IMG/VR virus record: IMGVR_UViG_3300028833_000054 | Location: 246,482 to 310,481 of that record | DNA: 64,000 nucleotides | Strand: one strand, 5' to 3' | Source of the DNA: a virus | Taxonomy: Duplodnaviria; Heunggongvirae; Uroviricota; Caudoviricetes | Shown: positions 54,465-64,000 of the stretch, one piece after another | Position numbering within the stretch: the stretch's first letter is position 1 | Layout of the letters: each line of letters begins with the position of its first letter | Translations under genes and position numbers: made by a program | Notes under the pieces: generated by a model | Database searches by the model: none | Seen by the model: only the letters and a program-made list of their open reading frames with translations | Told to the model about the DNA's origin: nothing

Positions 54465-56767
54465 TGGAAAATAAAATAGTTAATATATGTATTGTTCATT
54501 TTAATACTCCATTATTAACAGAGTGTTTAATAAAGAGTATAAACAAGTTTACACCAAACTCAAAGATTTATATCTTTGATAACAGTGATAAACATCCATT
54601 TACATATAGGCAAGACAATATAATTTATTTTGACAATACAAAAGGGCAGATTATTAATTTCGAAGAATGGTTAAAACAATATCCAAATAAAGAAAAATCA
54701 AGAGGAAAGCTCAATAATTTTGGAAGTGCAAAACACTGTTATACTATACAAAAATGTATAGAACTAATAAATGATAATTTTATTCTTCTAGATTCTGATG
54801 TTCTTTTAAAAAAGGATATATCTTGTTTTTATGATATTAACTATCCTGCAGTTGGGAAAGCAGAGTATCAAACGAACTGTCATGATAAAAGACAACACTC
54901 TATAAAAAGACTGCTTCCTTATATATGTTTCATTAATGCAAAAATGTGTAAGCATAAAAGTATTTTGTATTTTGATGAAAATTATATGAATGGTTTGTAT
55001 GTGACGGAATCTGCTGACTTGTATGATACGGGAGGAGGGTTCTTAAAAAATATAGAACAACAAAAATTACATCATAAAGAAGTAAATATATATGATTTTA
55101 TAATTCATAAAGCTGCAGGAAGTTGGTCTAATGTTGCTCCAGAAAAATGGTTAAGTAATAATATAAATTTATTCAAAGACAGAATTATAGTATCACTAAC
55201 ATCTCACGGTAAAAGACTAAACTATGTTAGGGATGCATTAGGAAGTATATTAAATCAAGACCTTAAAGCTGATAAAATCATATTGAATATTTACAAAAAG
55301 GATGAAAAAAATGTGTCGTCATTACTAAAACAATATACACAGAAAAACAATATAGAAATTTATTATTATGACAATGACATAGGTCCTCATGCAAAATATT
55401 TCTATACGATGAAAAGATATAAAAATGAATGTATAATAACAATAGATGATGACATTATATATAAAAAAGATGTAATATCATCTTTATACTTTGATTATTT
55501 GAAAAATCCAAATTGTATAATTGCAAGAAGAGTTCACAAAATAAAATACAAAAATGATATTCCAGTAGAATATAAAAATTGGTTTCATGAATATACTTCT
55601 AGCACAATTCCGTCATTTGATATTTTTGCAACAGGAGTAGGAGGAGTTTTATACCCGCCAGATATTTTAAAAATATCAGACAACTGTTTATCAGATATAA
55701 ATAAATCTTTATACGCCGATGATGTATATTTGAAATACAGAAGTTTAGAGTTAAAAGTGAAAACTAAATGGGTAAGAAACAATTCTATATCTTCTACACC
55801 AGTAAATAAAAATATTATTAGAAATTCTGGATTAGCATTAGACAATAATCTCAAAAATAGAAATGATATATATATCAATAATTTAAAAATGAAAAGAGAA
55901 AAAACTACAAACAAATATGTTATATATACATGTATAACAAATAATTATGACGCTATACATGAGATAAGCAATCCTATTCCAGGATATGATTTTATTTGTT
56001 TTACAGATAATAAAAGGTTATCAAGTAATACTTGGATGATTGACTTTTTACCAGAAAAGTTAAAAGGACTATCTCCTGTAAGGCAGCAAAGATATATTAA
56101 AACACATCCTCATGAATTTTTAAGTGATTATGAAGTATCTATATGGGTTGATGGCAATGTTGATATATTACAAGACCCAACTCCTCTTATAAATGATTTT
56201 TGCATAGAAATTCCAACTCATCCTGAAAGAAAATGCATTTATGAGGAAGGCACTGCTTGTATAAAACAACATAAAGATACTTCAACAAATGTAAATAAAC
56301 AATTAAACAGATATAGAAAAGAAGGATTTCCAAAAAATTTTGGTCTGCCACAAAGCGGCATAATAATAAGACATCACAACAATCCGGATTGTATAAAAAT
56401 TATGAATGAGTGGTGGAAAGAAATAGAAAATGGTTCACATAGAGACCAATTGTCATTCAGTTATGTATTATGGAAAAATCAAAATATTAAAATACATTAC
56501 CTTGATAAAAAATTGTTTAATTCACAATATTTTAAATGGAATGTAAAACACGGCAGAGCAAAAGTAAAGCAAAAAGTAAATAGTTTACCTGTTAAATCTG
56601 CAAATTCTTCAGTACAATTAGAAAGGCCAAACAAAGTTCTTGTAGAATCTACTTGGAATCCTATTCAACAACATCCTAAAAGAACAGTAACAAAAGCTCC
56701 TGCTATTCCAAAAACAGCTAAAAAGAAAAATGACAGGATAGTTATTATCAAACGACTATTCTATTGA
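54464..56767 (+). CDS. GT2-like + GT-A + DUF616 glycosyltransferase fusion
   Basis: N-terminus paralogous to the previous gene; SLTSH, ITIDDD, TGVGGVLYP; WVDG, RDQLSF. Confidence 0.85.
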   Translation: MENKIVNICIVHFNTPLLTECLIKSINKFTPNSKIYIFDNSDKHPFTYRQDNIIYFDNTKGQIINFEEWLKQYPNKEKSRGKLNNFGSAKHCYTIQKCIELINDNFILLDSDVLLKKDISCFYDINYPAVGKAEYQTNCHDKRQHSIKRLLPYICFINAKMCKHKSILYFDENYMNGLYVTESADLYDTGGGFLKNIEQQKLHHKEVNIYDFIIHKAAGSWSNVAPEKWLSNNINLFKDRIIVSLTSHGKRLNYVRDALGSILNQDLKADKIILNIYKKDEKNVSSLLKQYTQKNNIEIYYYDNDIGPHAKYFYTMKRYKNECIITIDDDIIYKKDVISSLYFDYLKNPNCIIARRVHKIKYKNDIPVEYKNWFHEYTSSTIPSFDIFATGVGGVLYPPDILKISDNCLSDINKSLYADDVYLKYRSLELKVKTKWVRNNSISSTPVNKNIIRNSGLALDNNLKNRNDIYINNLKMKREKTTNKYVIYTCITNNYDAIHEISNPIPGYDFICFTDNKRLSSNTWMIDFLPEKLKGLSPVRQQRYIKTHPHEFLSDYEVSIWVDGNVDILQDPTPLINDFCIEIPTHPERKCIYEEGTACIKQHKDTSTNVNKQLNRYRKEGFPKNFGLPQSGIIIRHHNNPDCIKIMNEWWKEIENGSHRDQLSFSYVLWKNQNIKIHYLDKKLFNSQYFKWNVKHGRAKVKQKVNSLPVKSANSSVQLERPNKVLVESTWNPIQQHPKRTVTKAPAIPKTAKKKNDRIVIIKRLFY

Positions 56768-56775
56768 TATAATTT

Positions 56776-56961
56776 ATGATTAAATTACCGCCAAATATAA
56801 AAGTAGGTTGTCCTAGATGTAAATATGATTTGGAAAGGTTGCAAATCAAGGACGTCAAAGAGTTAGCTTTTTTGATAGATGAAAATGCACAATCATCAAA
56901 ACAAACAACTTTGAATCCTAAGAAGAAACAACCTTCCAGTAAAGTAGTTTCTTTATTTTAA
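56776..56961 (+). CDS. Small hypothetical protein (CxxC)
   Basis: 61-aa ORF in operon. Confidence 0.5.
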   Translation: MIKLPPNIKVGCPRCKYDLERLQIKDVKELAFLIDENAQSSKQTTLNPKKKQPSSKVVSLF

Positions 56962-56962
56962 T

Positions 56963-57232
56963 ATGATTGCTAGTATTAACAAACAAAAAGTAGAGCTGAA
57001 GTATCTTATAGGTTTCACAAAAGAGAATCCTAGTATTTATGATTTGTTGTATGAATTAACTTATTTTTTGGAAGCAGAATCAAAAGATGAGTTTAATGAA
57101 TGGGAATTAAAAAACAAAACTCGTTCAAGAGTTGGAAGTTTAGAAGAAAATTTACAAGCTCTAATAGATGAAGGTTATATTGAAAAAGGAAAGTATACTA
57201 AGTACAAACTATTGAAAAATAAATGGAGTTAA
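56963..57232 (+). CDS. Hypothetical protein
   Basis: 89-aa ORF in operon. Confidence 0.65.
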   Translation: MIASINKQKVELKYLIGFTKENPSIYDLLYELTYFLEAESKDEFNEWELKNKTRSRVGSLEENLQALIDEGYIEKGKYTKYKLLKNKWS

Positions 57233-57233
57233 A

Positions 57234-57707
57234 ATGTTTACACCAACAAAATATGGTTCACCTCATTTAGGAAAAAATGTTATATTTACAGATACACCAA
57301 ATTTTGGCTCAGAACCATATTTAATAAGTATAGGAGACAATACTACAATTTCATTTGATGTTGCATTTGTTACACATGATGCTGCAACAAGAGTAATAAG
57401 AAATCTTCCAGGTAGAAACAAAGAAACTGTTATATATGCTCCTATAAAAATCGGAAAAAATTGTTTTATTGGTTGCAGAACAGTAATACTTCCAGGAGTG
57501 ACAATTGGAGACAATGTAATTATTGGAGCAGGAAGTATCGTTAATAGAGATATATCATCAAATACTGTTGCTGCGGGGTCACCTTGTAAAGAAATATGTA
57601 CTCTTGAAGAATATGAAGAAAAGCACAAAGATGATTTCTTGTATATGGTAAATCTACCGTTTGATAAAAAGAAACAATATTTACTTAAACATTTCAACAT
57701 AAAATAA
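57234..57707 (+). CDS. Hexapeptide-repeat (LbH) acyltransferase
   Basis: FVTHD; IKIGKNCFIG..ILPGVTIGDNVIIGAGS. Confidence 0.9.
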   Translation: MFTPTKYGSPHLGKNVIFTDTPNFGSEPYLISIGDNTTISFDVAFVTHDAATRVIRNLPGRNKETVIYAPIKIGKNCFIGCRTVILPGVTIGDNVIIGAGSIVNRDISSNTVAAGSPCKEICTLEEYEEKHKDDFLYMVNLPFDKKKQYLLKHFNIK

Positions 57708-57731
57708 AGGAGAACTAATTGTTCTCCTTTT
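57706..57731. terminator. Bidirectional terminator between convergent operons
   Basis: AAAGGAGAAC/GTTCTCCTTT hairpin. Confidence 0.7.
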
Positions 57732-57996
57732 CTTTGTAATCATATTCATCTATTATCTCTAATTTTGCAGTATATCTATAATTAGGATAGTTTTTCCACT
57801 TGCCATCTTTGTATCCGTTTCTTACATATCCACGAGGCTTTGATACATTTTCATCTACCATAACTTCAAGAAACCTGCAATGAGCCATACAGTTATGATA
57901 ACAATCATCATTCACAAATTCACCGTTGAATGTACAATATGGTCCTTCTTTCATTACAGCACCAACCTTTGGGTGCAAACGTTCTTCTTTTGTCAT
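57715..57996 (-). CDS. Hypothetical protein (TAG stop)
   Basis: 93-aa ORF coupled to rmlA. Confidence 0.6.
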   Translation of the reverse strand: MTKEERLHPKVGAVMKEGPYCTFNGEFVNDDCYHNCMAHCRFLEVMVDENVSKPRGYVRNGYKDGKWKNYPNYRYTAKLEIIDEYDYKEKENN

Positions 57997-58919
57997 TTTA
58001 CCAATTTATTATGAATGTAATCTCTGTAAGAATTCTTTCCAAGTTTCTCTACAATCTCTTCTAATTTCTTATACCCAATCCATCTGTTTTTCCAAGCAAT
58101 CTCTTCAAGACAAGCAATTTGAATTCCTTGTCTTTTTTCAATTGTCTCGACATATCCTGCAGCTTCATGCAGACTCTCAAAGGTTCCAGTGTCCAACCAA
58201 GCGAAACCCCTGTCAAGCATAATCAAATCAAGCATAGTACCTCCGTCATTGGCTGTCATCTCGTTGAATCTCTTATTGACTTCAGTAATTTCAAGTTCTC
58301 CTCTGTCTGAAGGTTTGATGTTCTTTGCAACCTCAATGACATAATTTGGATAGAAATACAAACCAGTGACTGCGACATTAGACATCGGCACAACAGGCTT
58401 CTCAACAAGATTTGTGACACTATACAACATTCCATCAGAACGGACAGGTGCAATCTCTGCAACACCGTATCTCTGCGGGTCTGACACTTCATAACCGAAG
58501 ACGACTGCACGGGGATTAGCCTCATCTTCAGCGATGGACTTTGCCTTAAGTAGTCTCTTTTCAAGTCCAGGACCGTGGAATATATTGTCCCCAAGCACGA
58601 GACAGACTGCATCCTGGGCAATGAAATCCTCTCCTATGATGAATGCTTCTGCCAATCCATTTGGCTTTTCTTGGACTGCATACTGAAGATTTACACCAAA
58701 TCTTGAACCGTCACCAAGCAATCTCTTAAAAGCAGGTTGATCTTCAGGAGTTGTAATAATAAGTATATCCCTAATCTTAGCCATCATCAAGACTGACAAT
58801 GGATAGTAAATCATAGGTTTGTCATAAATAGGAAGCAATTGTTTGCTGACTCCCATTGTAATTGGATAAAGACGTGTTCCAGAACCGCCTGCAAGTATAA
58901 TACCTTTCATAAGCTGCAA
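57993..58919 (-). CDS. rfbA: Glucose-1-phosphate thymidylyltransferase
   Basis: [48 protein letters not shown]. Confidence 0.95.
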   Translation of the reverse strand: MQLMKGIILAGGSGTRLYPITMGVSKQLLPIYDKPMIYYPLSVLMMAKIRDILIITTPEDQPAFKRLLGDGSRFGVNLQYAVQEKPNGLAEAFIIGEDFIAQDAVCLVLGDNIFHGPGLEKRLLKAKSIAEDEANPRAVVFGYEVSDPQRYGVAEIAPVRSDGMLYSVTNLVEKPVVPMSNVAVTGLYFYPNYVIEVAKNIKPSDRGELEITEVNKRFNEMTANDGGTMLDLIMLDRGFAWLDTGTFESLHEAAGYVETIEKRQGIQIACLEEIAWKNRWIGYKKLEEIVEKLGKNSYRDYIHNKLVK

Positions 58920-58952
58920 CTAATAAATATTTAAATATTATATGTTAAATAT

Positions 58953-59402
58953 ATGAAAAAAGTTTTAGATATTGTAATTTTTGTTTTACTTTGCATTTGG
59001 CAATTGCCTCAAGTAATTGTCGGAGGATTAGTTCTCTTATGCATGGGAAAATCAAAAGTGATTGCAAAACGTCATTACTGCTATTGTTTTCAAGTTGAAG
59101 GTGCGAAAGAGTGGTATATGATGGGAGTTTCATTCGGTCCTATTGTAATAGTCAATAAGACTCTTGCTAAATACCCTGAATATATTGCACATGAACTTGA
59201 TGGGCATACTGTCGACTCTAAAATATTTGGTCCTTTGTATTTGTTTATTATTGGTATACCTTCTGGATTAAATGCATTATTCAATTTTTCAAAAGTATAT
59301 TATAATTTCTATACTGAAGAATGGGCAAACAAACATGCAGGGTTGGTTGTCAACCATTACGGAAGATTAGAATTTGAGAAAAAAGAAGAGGTTCAAGAAT
59401 GA
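58953..59402 (+). CDS. Membrane protein with HE motif
   Basis: Hydrophobic segments, AHEL.GH..S..FGPLYL. Confidence 0.7.
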   Translation: MKKVLDIVIFVLLCIWQLPQVIVGGLVLLCMGKSKVIAKRHYCYCFQVEGAKEWYMMGVSFGPIVIVNKTLAKYPEYIAHELDGHTVDSKIFGPLYLFIIGIPSGLNALFNFSKVYYNFYTEEWANKHAGLVVNHYGRLEFEKKEEVQE

Positions 59403-59563
59403 ACCTCTTTTTTATTCAAATCTTCTTGTCATACCAAATCCCCAAAATAGCCAAATGAATTCTGCATTCTTTACTCCTTCATCTACATTGTTATCTAATA
59501 TAACAGTAGGCAACAAACTAAATGACCAATTGCCATTATTTGGATATATTGGATAAAGTTCTA

Positions 59564-59938
59564 TCATAATATTACAGCTTCTGCGAGGTTTATTCCTCTA
59601 AGTTTACCATCAATATTAAATACAAATTTACCAGGATTTAATTCTGCCATAGGAACACCCTTTAATGTTTCACCCCTATATTTGAAAACTAAATAATCTC
59701 TTTTGGATTCTGTTTTTCCTAGTTCATCTCTTAGACGTTTTGTCAACTTAAATCCTAAATCTGTTGCTTTTATTTCTGAATAACCTTCAAACTCGTTCTC
59801 TTCCTCTTCTTCTCCATCATCTTCGTCATCAACGACAGCATCAATTTGGGATAGCATCATATCATAAAGGTCTTCATTAATTTCAGCATCTTCATCTTTC
59901 TTCTTTTTGCAAGGTTTGCTAAAATCAATTTTTCCCAT
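59564..59938 (-). CDS. Hypothetical acidic protein
   Basis: 124-aa ORF. Confidence 0.7.
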   Translation of the reverse strand: MGKIDFSKPCKKKKDEDAEINEDLYDMMLSQIDAVVDDEDDGEEEEENEFEGYSEIKATDLGFKLTKRLRDELGKTESKRDYLVFKYRGETLKGVPMAELNPGKFVFNIDGKLRGINLAEAVIL

Positions 59939-59987
59939 AACATAAGAAATATATTTAATTTATATATCACAGAAAAAATTTCAGATT

Positions 59988-60578
59988 TTAGTTATCTTCA
60001 AAACTTCCTGTTTCCTTGTTGAATGGTGGAACTACATCTGCATCTGCCATTTGTTCAAGAGTAGCACGGGTTTCATCTGACAATTCTTCTACCGTATGAA
60101 TTTTTGGCTTATTCAATTTGTCAAACTTTTCTTTCTGCCGTTCCTCACGTTTACGGATTTTCTCTTCATCAAAGAGATAATCATATTTTCCTTTCTTTGC
60201 ATTTTTAAGACATTCTCTAAGCAAGCGTCTCTTGTCCTTTCCTGACATATAAGGATTCTGCTGAACATATTGATTGAAAACAACCTGTGCCTTGAACTCT
60301 GGACTTTCTCTTACACGTTTATTGTGTTCATCAATAATTCTTTGTTCCTCTTGCTTTTTTCTTATCTCCTCATTATAGTCTGCTTCTTGTGCTTCATCAC
60401 TTGAAACAGATTCGGTACCTGTTCCAAACATTGAAGTAGTATCTACTCCTGCACTTTCTGTTGAAGCATTCAACAAACTATCTTCAAAAACAGAAGATGT
60501 TTGTTCAATAAGAGATTCTTCTTTCTGCTCTTCAGGATTCACTCCTAATACAGCATTCATATCTAAATTACTTTCCAT
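59988..60578 (-). CDS. Hypothetical protein
   Basis: 196-aa ORF. Confidence 0.75.
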   Translation of the reverse strand: MESNLDMNAVLGVNPEEQKEESLIEQTSSVFEDSLLNASTESAGVDTTSMFGTGTESVSSDEAQEADYNEEIRKKQEEQRIIDEHNKRVRESPEFKAQVVFNQYVQQNPYMSGKDKRRLLRECLKNAKKGKYDYLFDEEKIRKREERQKEKFDKLNKPKIHTVEELSDETRATLEQMADADVVPPFNKETGSFEDN

Positions 60579-60625
60579 TGTATTATCTTAATTTTATATT
60601 GTATATCAAAGGTATTGAATATATT

Positions 60626-61063
60626 TTAAAGAGAGTAAATATCATCTGATATAGGCACACGCATAGAATCTGGACATTGTATCTTGCCCAAACTTCTCCA
60701 TCCTTTTGCAAAGCCATTTCTAATTACACTTGTAAAAAATGCAAAAGCATTCTGTGTTATTTCAGGATTGAAGTTTCTCCAATATCTTATACAGTCAAGA
60801 ACTGCTGCACTTATACAATCTTCTCTATCATCTGGGTTATTATATTTCAACATAGTAGACATCTTGGTTGCAATCTGTACGAACATTTCTGCTGCCTTTG
60901 GAGTAAGTTCATCTTGTTCTTTGCTCTTGATTATCTCTGCTAATAAATCCGCATTCTTTACGTAGTGACTAGATGCTGCCTTTTTAGGTTGGTCTAAAGT
61001 ATCATCAATAAATTCTACTCCTTCTTTCTCTGCTTTTATTTGAGCTTGTCGCTTGGTTGACAT
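60626..61063 (-). CDS. gp55: T4 gp55-like late-transcription sigma factor
   Basis: HYVKNADL; DREDCIS; NFNPE..NAFAFFTSVIRNGF. Confidence 0.8.
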   Translation of the reverse strand: MSTKRQAQIKAEKEGVEFIDDTLDQPKKAASSHYVKNADLLAEIIKSKEQDELTPKAAEMFVQIATKMSTMLKYNNPDDREDCISAAVLDCIRYWRNFNPEITQNAFAFFTSVIRNGFAKGWRSLGKIQCPDSMRVPISDDIYSL

Positions 61064-61126
61064 TATTAGAACATTATTATTTTATAAAAATTATATTTCA
61101 TATATATCAGAAATATTTTAGATGCA

Positions 61127-61298
61127 AAAAGTACAATATGTTGTACTTTTCATCATAATGTTTATTATATTGAACAAAAACTATACAAATAGTTTATTAT
61201 ATTGTACTTTTTCAAAATTACAATATGTTGTTATTTTTATCATAATATGTGTTATCTTGTACAAAAGTTACACAAAAATAACAATATGTTGTTATTTT
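61127..61298. repeat. Three 24-bp palindromes AAAA(G/T)(T/A)ACAA-TATG-TTGT..TTTT upstream of gp55
   Basis: 61127-61150, 61214-61237, 61275-61298. Confidence 0.75.
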
Positions 61299-61306
61299 GT
61301 CATAAC

Positions 61307-61332
61307 AAAAAGGGAGAACCGAAGTTCTCCCC
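61307..61332 (-). terminator. Intrinsic terminator
   Basis: GGGAGAAC/GTTCTCCC hairpin plus U-tract. Confidence 0.75.
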
Positions 61333-61353
61333 AATTACAATATATTAAAAATT

Positions 61354-62196
61354 CTAATCTCTTATTTTATCAAGAAGTGTACTTAATATCTGAGAAGAGT
61401 GATTAAGTTCAGCAATGATTCTGGCTTTTGTTGGATGTTTCTTTTCATCTTTGAAGAAGAGTGTCAAGAATCCTACAGGTCCGTTGATTCCTTCAAGAAC
61501 AACGAAGGCTCCGAAATTAACTTCAACAACTCTAAGCTTCGCAGCAAAATAAGGATCATCCTTTCCAACTTCATCAACAGAACCAATCCAAGTCTTCTCA
61601 TTATAGTGAAGTGACACAAATGGAAGTTTTGCAAGATTAAAATTCTTAAATTCATCAGATGCATATCCTACATTTGGACTAATCTCTTCATAAGCCATAT
61701 CACCATATATGAATGGAAGGCCTGATGCATTGTTAGTACCATTATGCATTTCAAGAATAGCTGCTCTATCTGCGTCAAGTGCGATAAGCAAACGTTTTAA
61801 TTCATTAGAAATAAGAGGGCTAACTTCAAATCTTTTCTGTATCAATTCTGCATGATGTCTCTTACTAGCTTCATCACTGCGTTTGATAGCTTCCTCAACA
61901 TCATCTATCCTGTCTTCTTTGAATTCTTGTCTATTTTGTTTTTGAATACTCTTTGCAAGTTGATAGAATGCTGATACAATAAAGAACAAAGCAACTATCA
62001 TCCATACACTAGATTTGTCAAACTTAGACATAAACTCAGAAGGATTAACTAAGATGTCTGGATTTGAAAGCAAATACATTGCCATAACAATAAGAACTAC
62101 CATTCCGACATTTTTCATAAAATATCCGAATCCTTTTGTTGATGCTGTAGTCAATTCGTCCTTCAAAGATTTCATTTCTTTCATTGATGTTTTCAT
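61354..62196 (-). CDS. Putative holin (TM segments + GAF-like C-terminal domain, T4 gp t-like); TAG stop
   Basis: Two N-terminal TM helices; DRAAILEMHNG..LPF GAF-like motif. Confidence 0.55.
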   Translation of the reverse strand: MKTSMKEMKSLKDELTTASTKGFGYFMKNVGMVVLIVMAMYLLSNPDILVNPSEFMSKFDKSSVWMIVALFFIVSAFYQLAKSIQKQNRQEFKEDRIDDVEEAIKRSDEASKRHHAELIQKRFEVSPLISNELKRLLIALDADRAAILEMHNGTNNASGLPFIYGDMAYEEISPNVGYASDEFKNFNLAKLPFVSLHYNEKTWIGSVDEVGKDDPYFAAKLRVVEVNFGAFVVLEGINGPVGFLTLFFKDEKKHPTKARIIAELNHSSQILSTLLDKIRD

Positions 62197-62208
62197 AATC
62201 TTTTATTT

Positions 62209-64000
62209 TTACATTTCTACGGGGCGGACTGAATTAGCAGGCAAATAGATTAAGCTCTTGTCTCCTGTTTCATCGGTTACAAGTACTCTGACCGGTGTAG
62301 CGGAACCTGTAGCATGCTCATAGTCTTTAATGTTAAACAAAATATTTCTAAGTTCTGCACCATTTGATGCAACTTCTACTCCTTCAACATATTCATTTAC
62401 ATTTGCAAAATCATTTACATCTTCAGTAATCTTAACATACTTTTTCTTAGCAAAAGTCTGTTGGTTTTCAATTATCATTCTGATGTCATCATCATCTTTT
62501 GCATTAATATATTCTGAATACTTGACGTAGCAGTTATTAGGAGTCAACTGATTACCGTTCATGAACAATCCACAATGTACCATTTGTTCAAACAAACCCT
62601 TCAAAGTAGCAGGGTCAAATTTGTAAGGAGCTTGGACACAATCAAACTTCTGATTAGCAAGTTTCATTTCTTTTGGAGAAACTTCAATTGTTCTTCCTTC
62701 ATCTGTTACGACTACGAAATTGTTGCTCATTGGAAGTTTTGAAAGAATCTGTCCTCTCATTCCGTTATTGAGGATTACATAATCCATTACATTAGGCTCA
62801 GCCTTTTGACAAGGAGATTCTGATTTTGCTTCATTAAGAACATTGTTCTTAACAGGAGTCTTTACAGATTCATTTGAAGATTTCTTTGCTCTGAACTTAA
62901 ACTTAGGTTTCTTCTTCTCTTCCTTTGATTCTTCTTCTGAAGATTCTTCTGATGATTCTTCTGAAGTTTCCTCTTTGGTTTCTTCTGAAGATTCTTCACC
63001 TTCATTTTGTCCTTCTACATTTTCATCTTTCTTTTCCTCATCTTTTTCTTCATCTTTTCCCTCGTCTGAGTCCTCATCTTCTGATTTGAAAAGAGCACTG
63101 TCAGAAGCATTGAAGGTTGTTGTTACGTCCTTGAATGGGTCAGCCTCTTCTTTTTCCTCCTCAGATGAATTATCAGAATCTAAATTACTGGTATCAATCT
63201 TAACAGTCTTACCTGTCTTAGTATCTTCAACAGTAATTACAACTCCTTCCTTCAATGATTTCTCAGAGAGTTGAAAAAAATTCTTTACATCAATTGGAGT
63301 CTTGTCTCCATATACTGACTCGAATACTTTCTTTGCCTTGTTAACATTATTCTTATCAACAGCAATTGAAAGATTCTCATCTACTCTTGATACATGAATT
63401 CCCTTTGACTCAAGCTTCTGCTCCAAGAATCCGTTGAAGGGAACATTTAAAGTGTAAACATCACTATCTGCAATATCCTTGAAGTCCTTTGCATATTTTG
63501 TTAAGAACTCTTTAGCATCAGAATCAATATTTCCGTTCATTCTTGCAGAGTAGTTGTTTAAAGTATTATACAAATCTCTAGTCTCATCATAAGACTCTGT
63601 AACTATTTCAATATGTGAGGCCTTTGTTGTCTTCTTTTGATTGAACATTTTTGCATAGTCATCAGTGTAAGGAAGTACAATCTTTACAGTACCCTTATTA
63701 GATTCACTGTAGAGAACTGATTCATTGATTGCATTTACTCCAAGAATCTTAACTGACTCATTAGCATCCTTAGGTGCTACAGGAACCTTAGGTTGGTTCT
63801 TGAAACATTTCTCAAGTTCAGGGAAGAAGGTAATGAATTGGGTGTCTGAGAAATTCTTCCACTCCTTGAAGTAATCCTTAAGTGCATATACTGCAGCCTT
63901 ATTAGCAAACTTCAAAGTTACGCTGTCATCATCTCCTTCAACCATTGCACATTCAATGCACATATCTCCACATTCCTTAATGAATGATTCTTTCTTAATA
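62209..64000 (-). CDS. Large acidic probable head/scaffold protein, 5' end beyond window
   Basis: Frame open from the ORF-track start (63963) to the window edge; many (A/I/S)NES, TES, FES motifs; E/S-rich linker. Confidence 0.75.
   Translation of the reverse strand, partial: IKKESFIKECGDMCIECAMVEGDDDSVTLKFANKAAVYALKDYFKEWKNFSDTQFITFFPELEKCFKNQPKVPVAPKDANESVKILGVNAINESVLYSESNKGTVKIVLPYTDDYAKMFNQKKTTKASHIEIVTESYDETRDLYNTLNNYSARMNGNIDSDAKEFLTKYAKDFKDIADSDVYTLNVPFNGFLEQKLESKGIHVSRVDENLSIAVDKNNVNKAKKVFESVYGDKTPIDVKNFFQLSEKSLKEGVVITVEDTKTGKTVKIDTSNLDSDNSSEEEKEEADPFKDVTTTFNASDSALFKSEDEDSDEGKDEEKDEEKKDENVEGQNEGEESSEETKEETSEESSEESSEEESKEEKKKPKFKFRAKKSSNESVKTPVKNNVLNEAKSESPCQKAEPNVMDYVILNNGMRGQILSKLPMSNNFVVVTDEGRTIEVSPKEMKLANQKFDCVQAPYKFDPATLKGLFEQMVHCGLFMNGNQLTPNNCYVKYSEYINAKDDDDIRMIIENQQTFAKKKYVKITEDVNDFANVNEYVEGVEVASNGAELRNILFNIKDYEHATGSATPVRVLVTDETGDKSLIYLPANSVRPVEM

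Noticed and set aside
1-64000. TAG-to-Gln recoding (Lak-like code 15)
   Set aside because: Very long ORFs have no in-frame TAG, and TAG-terminated genes are followed closely by terminators or other stops; the standard code explains the coding density.

Overview
Segment of a large T4-like (gp55-encoding) jumbo bacteriophage genome, most likely infecting Bacteroidota: Bacteroidetes sigma-A -7 boxes TAnnTTTG precede many operons. It uses the standard genetic code and is almost entirely encoded on the minus strand. Left arm (1-21.5 kb): a truncated virion/tail-type protein of at least 2618 aa (CotH-like kinase with inserted lamin-tail domains), a kinase/nucleotidyltransferase/HAD trio, a DUF2201-VWA protein plus AAA ATPase, and small hypotheticals. 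Centre (21.5-41.8 kb): a roughly 20-kb RNA island with about 40 canonical tRNAs, an amber (CUA) tRNA, a group I intron in tRNA-Lys, a minimal RNase P-like RNA, rRNA-motif mimics, two homing endonucleases and a Ro60/TROVE gene. The most striking signal is a family of about 11 tRNA chimeras sharing one conserved helical module (stem-YAGYCA-stem-TACTTCG, with TTCT on the opposite strand). The module is grafted onto tRNA at four different positions (D-loop, anticodon arm, variable loop with circular permutation, acceptor ends), which suggests an expanded Ro60/Y-RNA tRNA-mimic system. A variant RNA pair lies directly upstream of a second large helical-TerD gene. Right arm (42-64 kb): DNA beta-glucosyltransferase-like and C5 methyltransferase genes, an AT-rich plus-strand glycosyltransferase island, rmlA, late sigma gp55, a holin-like gene and head-type proteins. 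All calls come from reading the sequence by eye; no database searches or folding programs were run.
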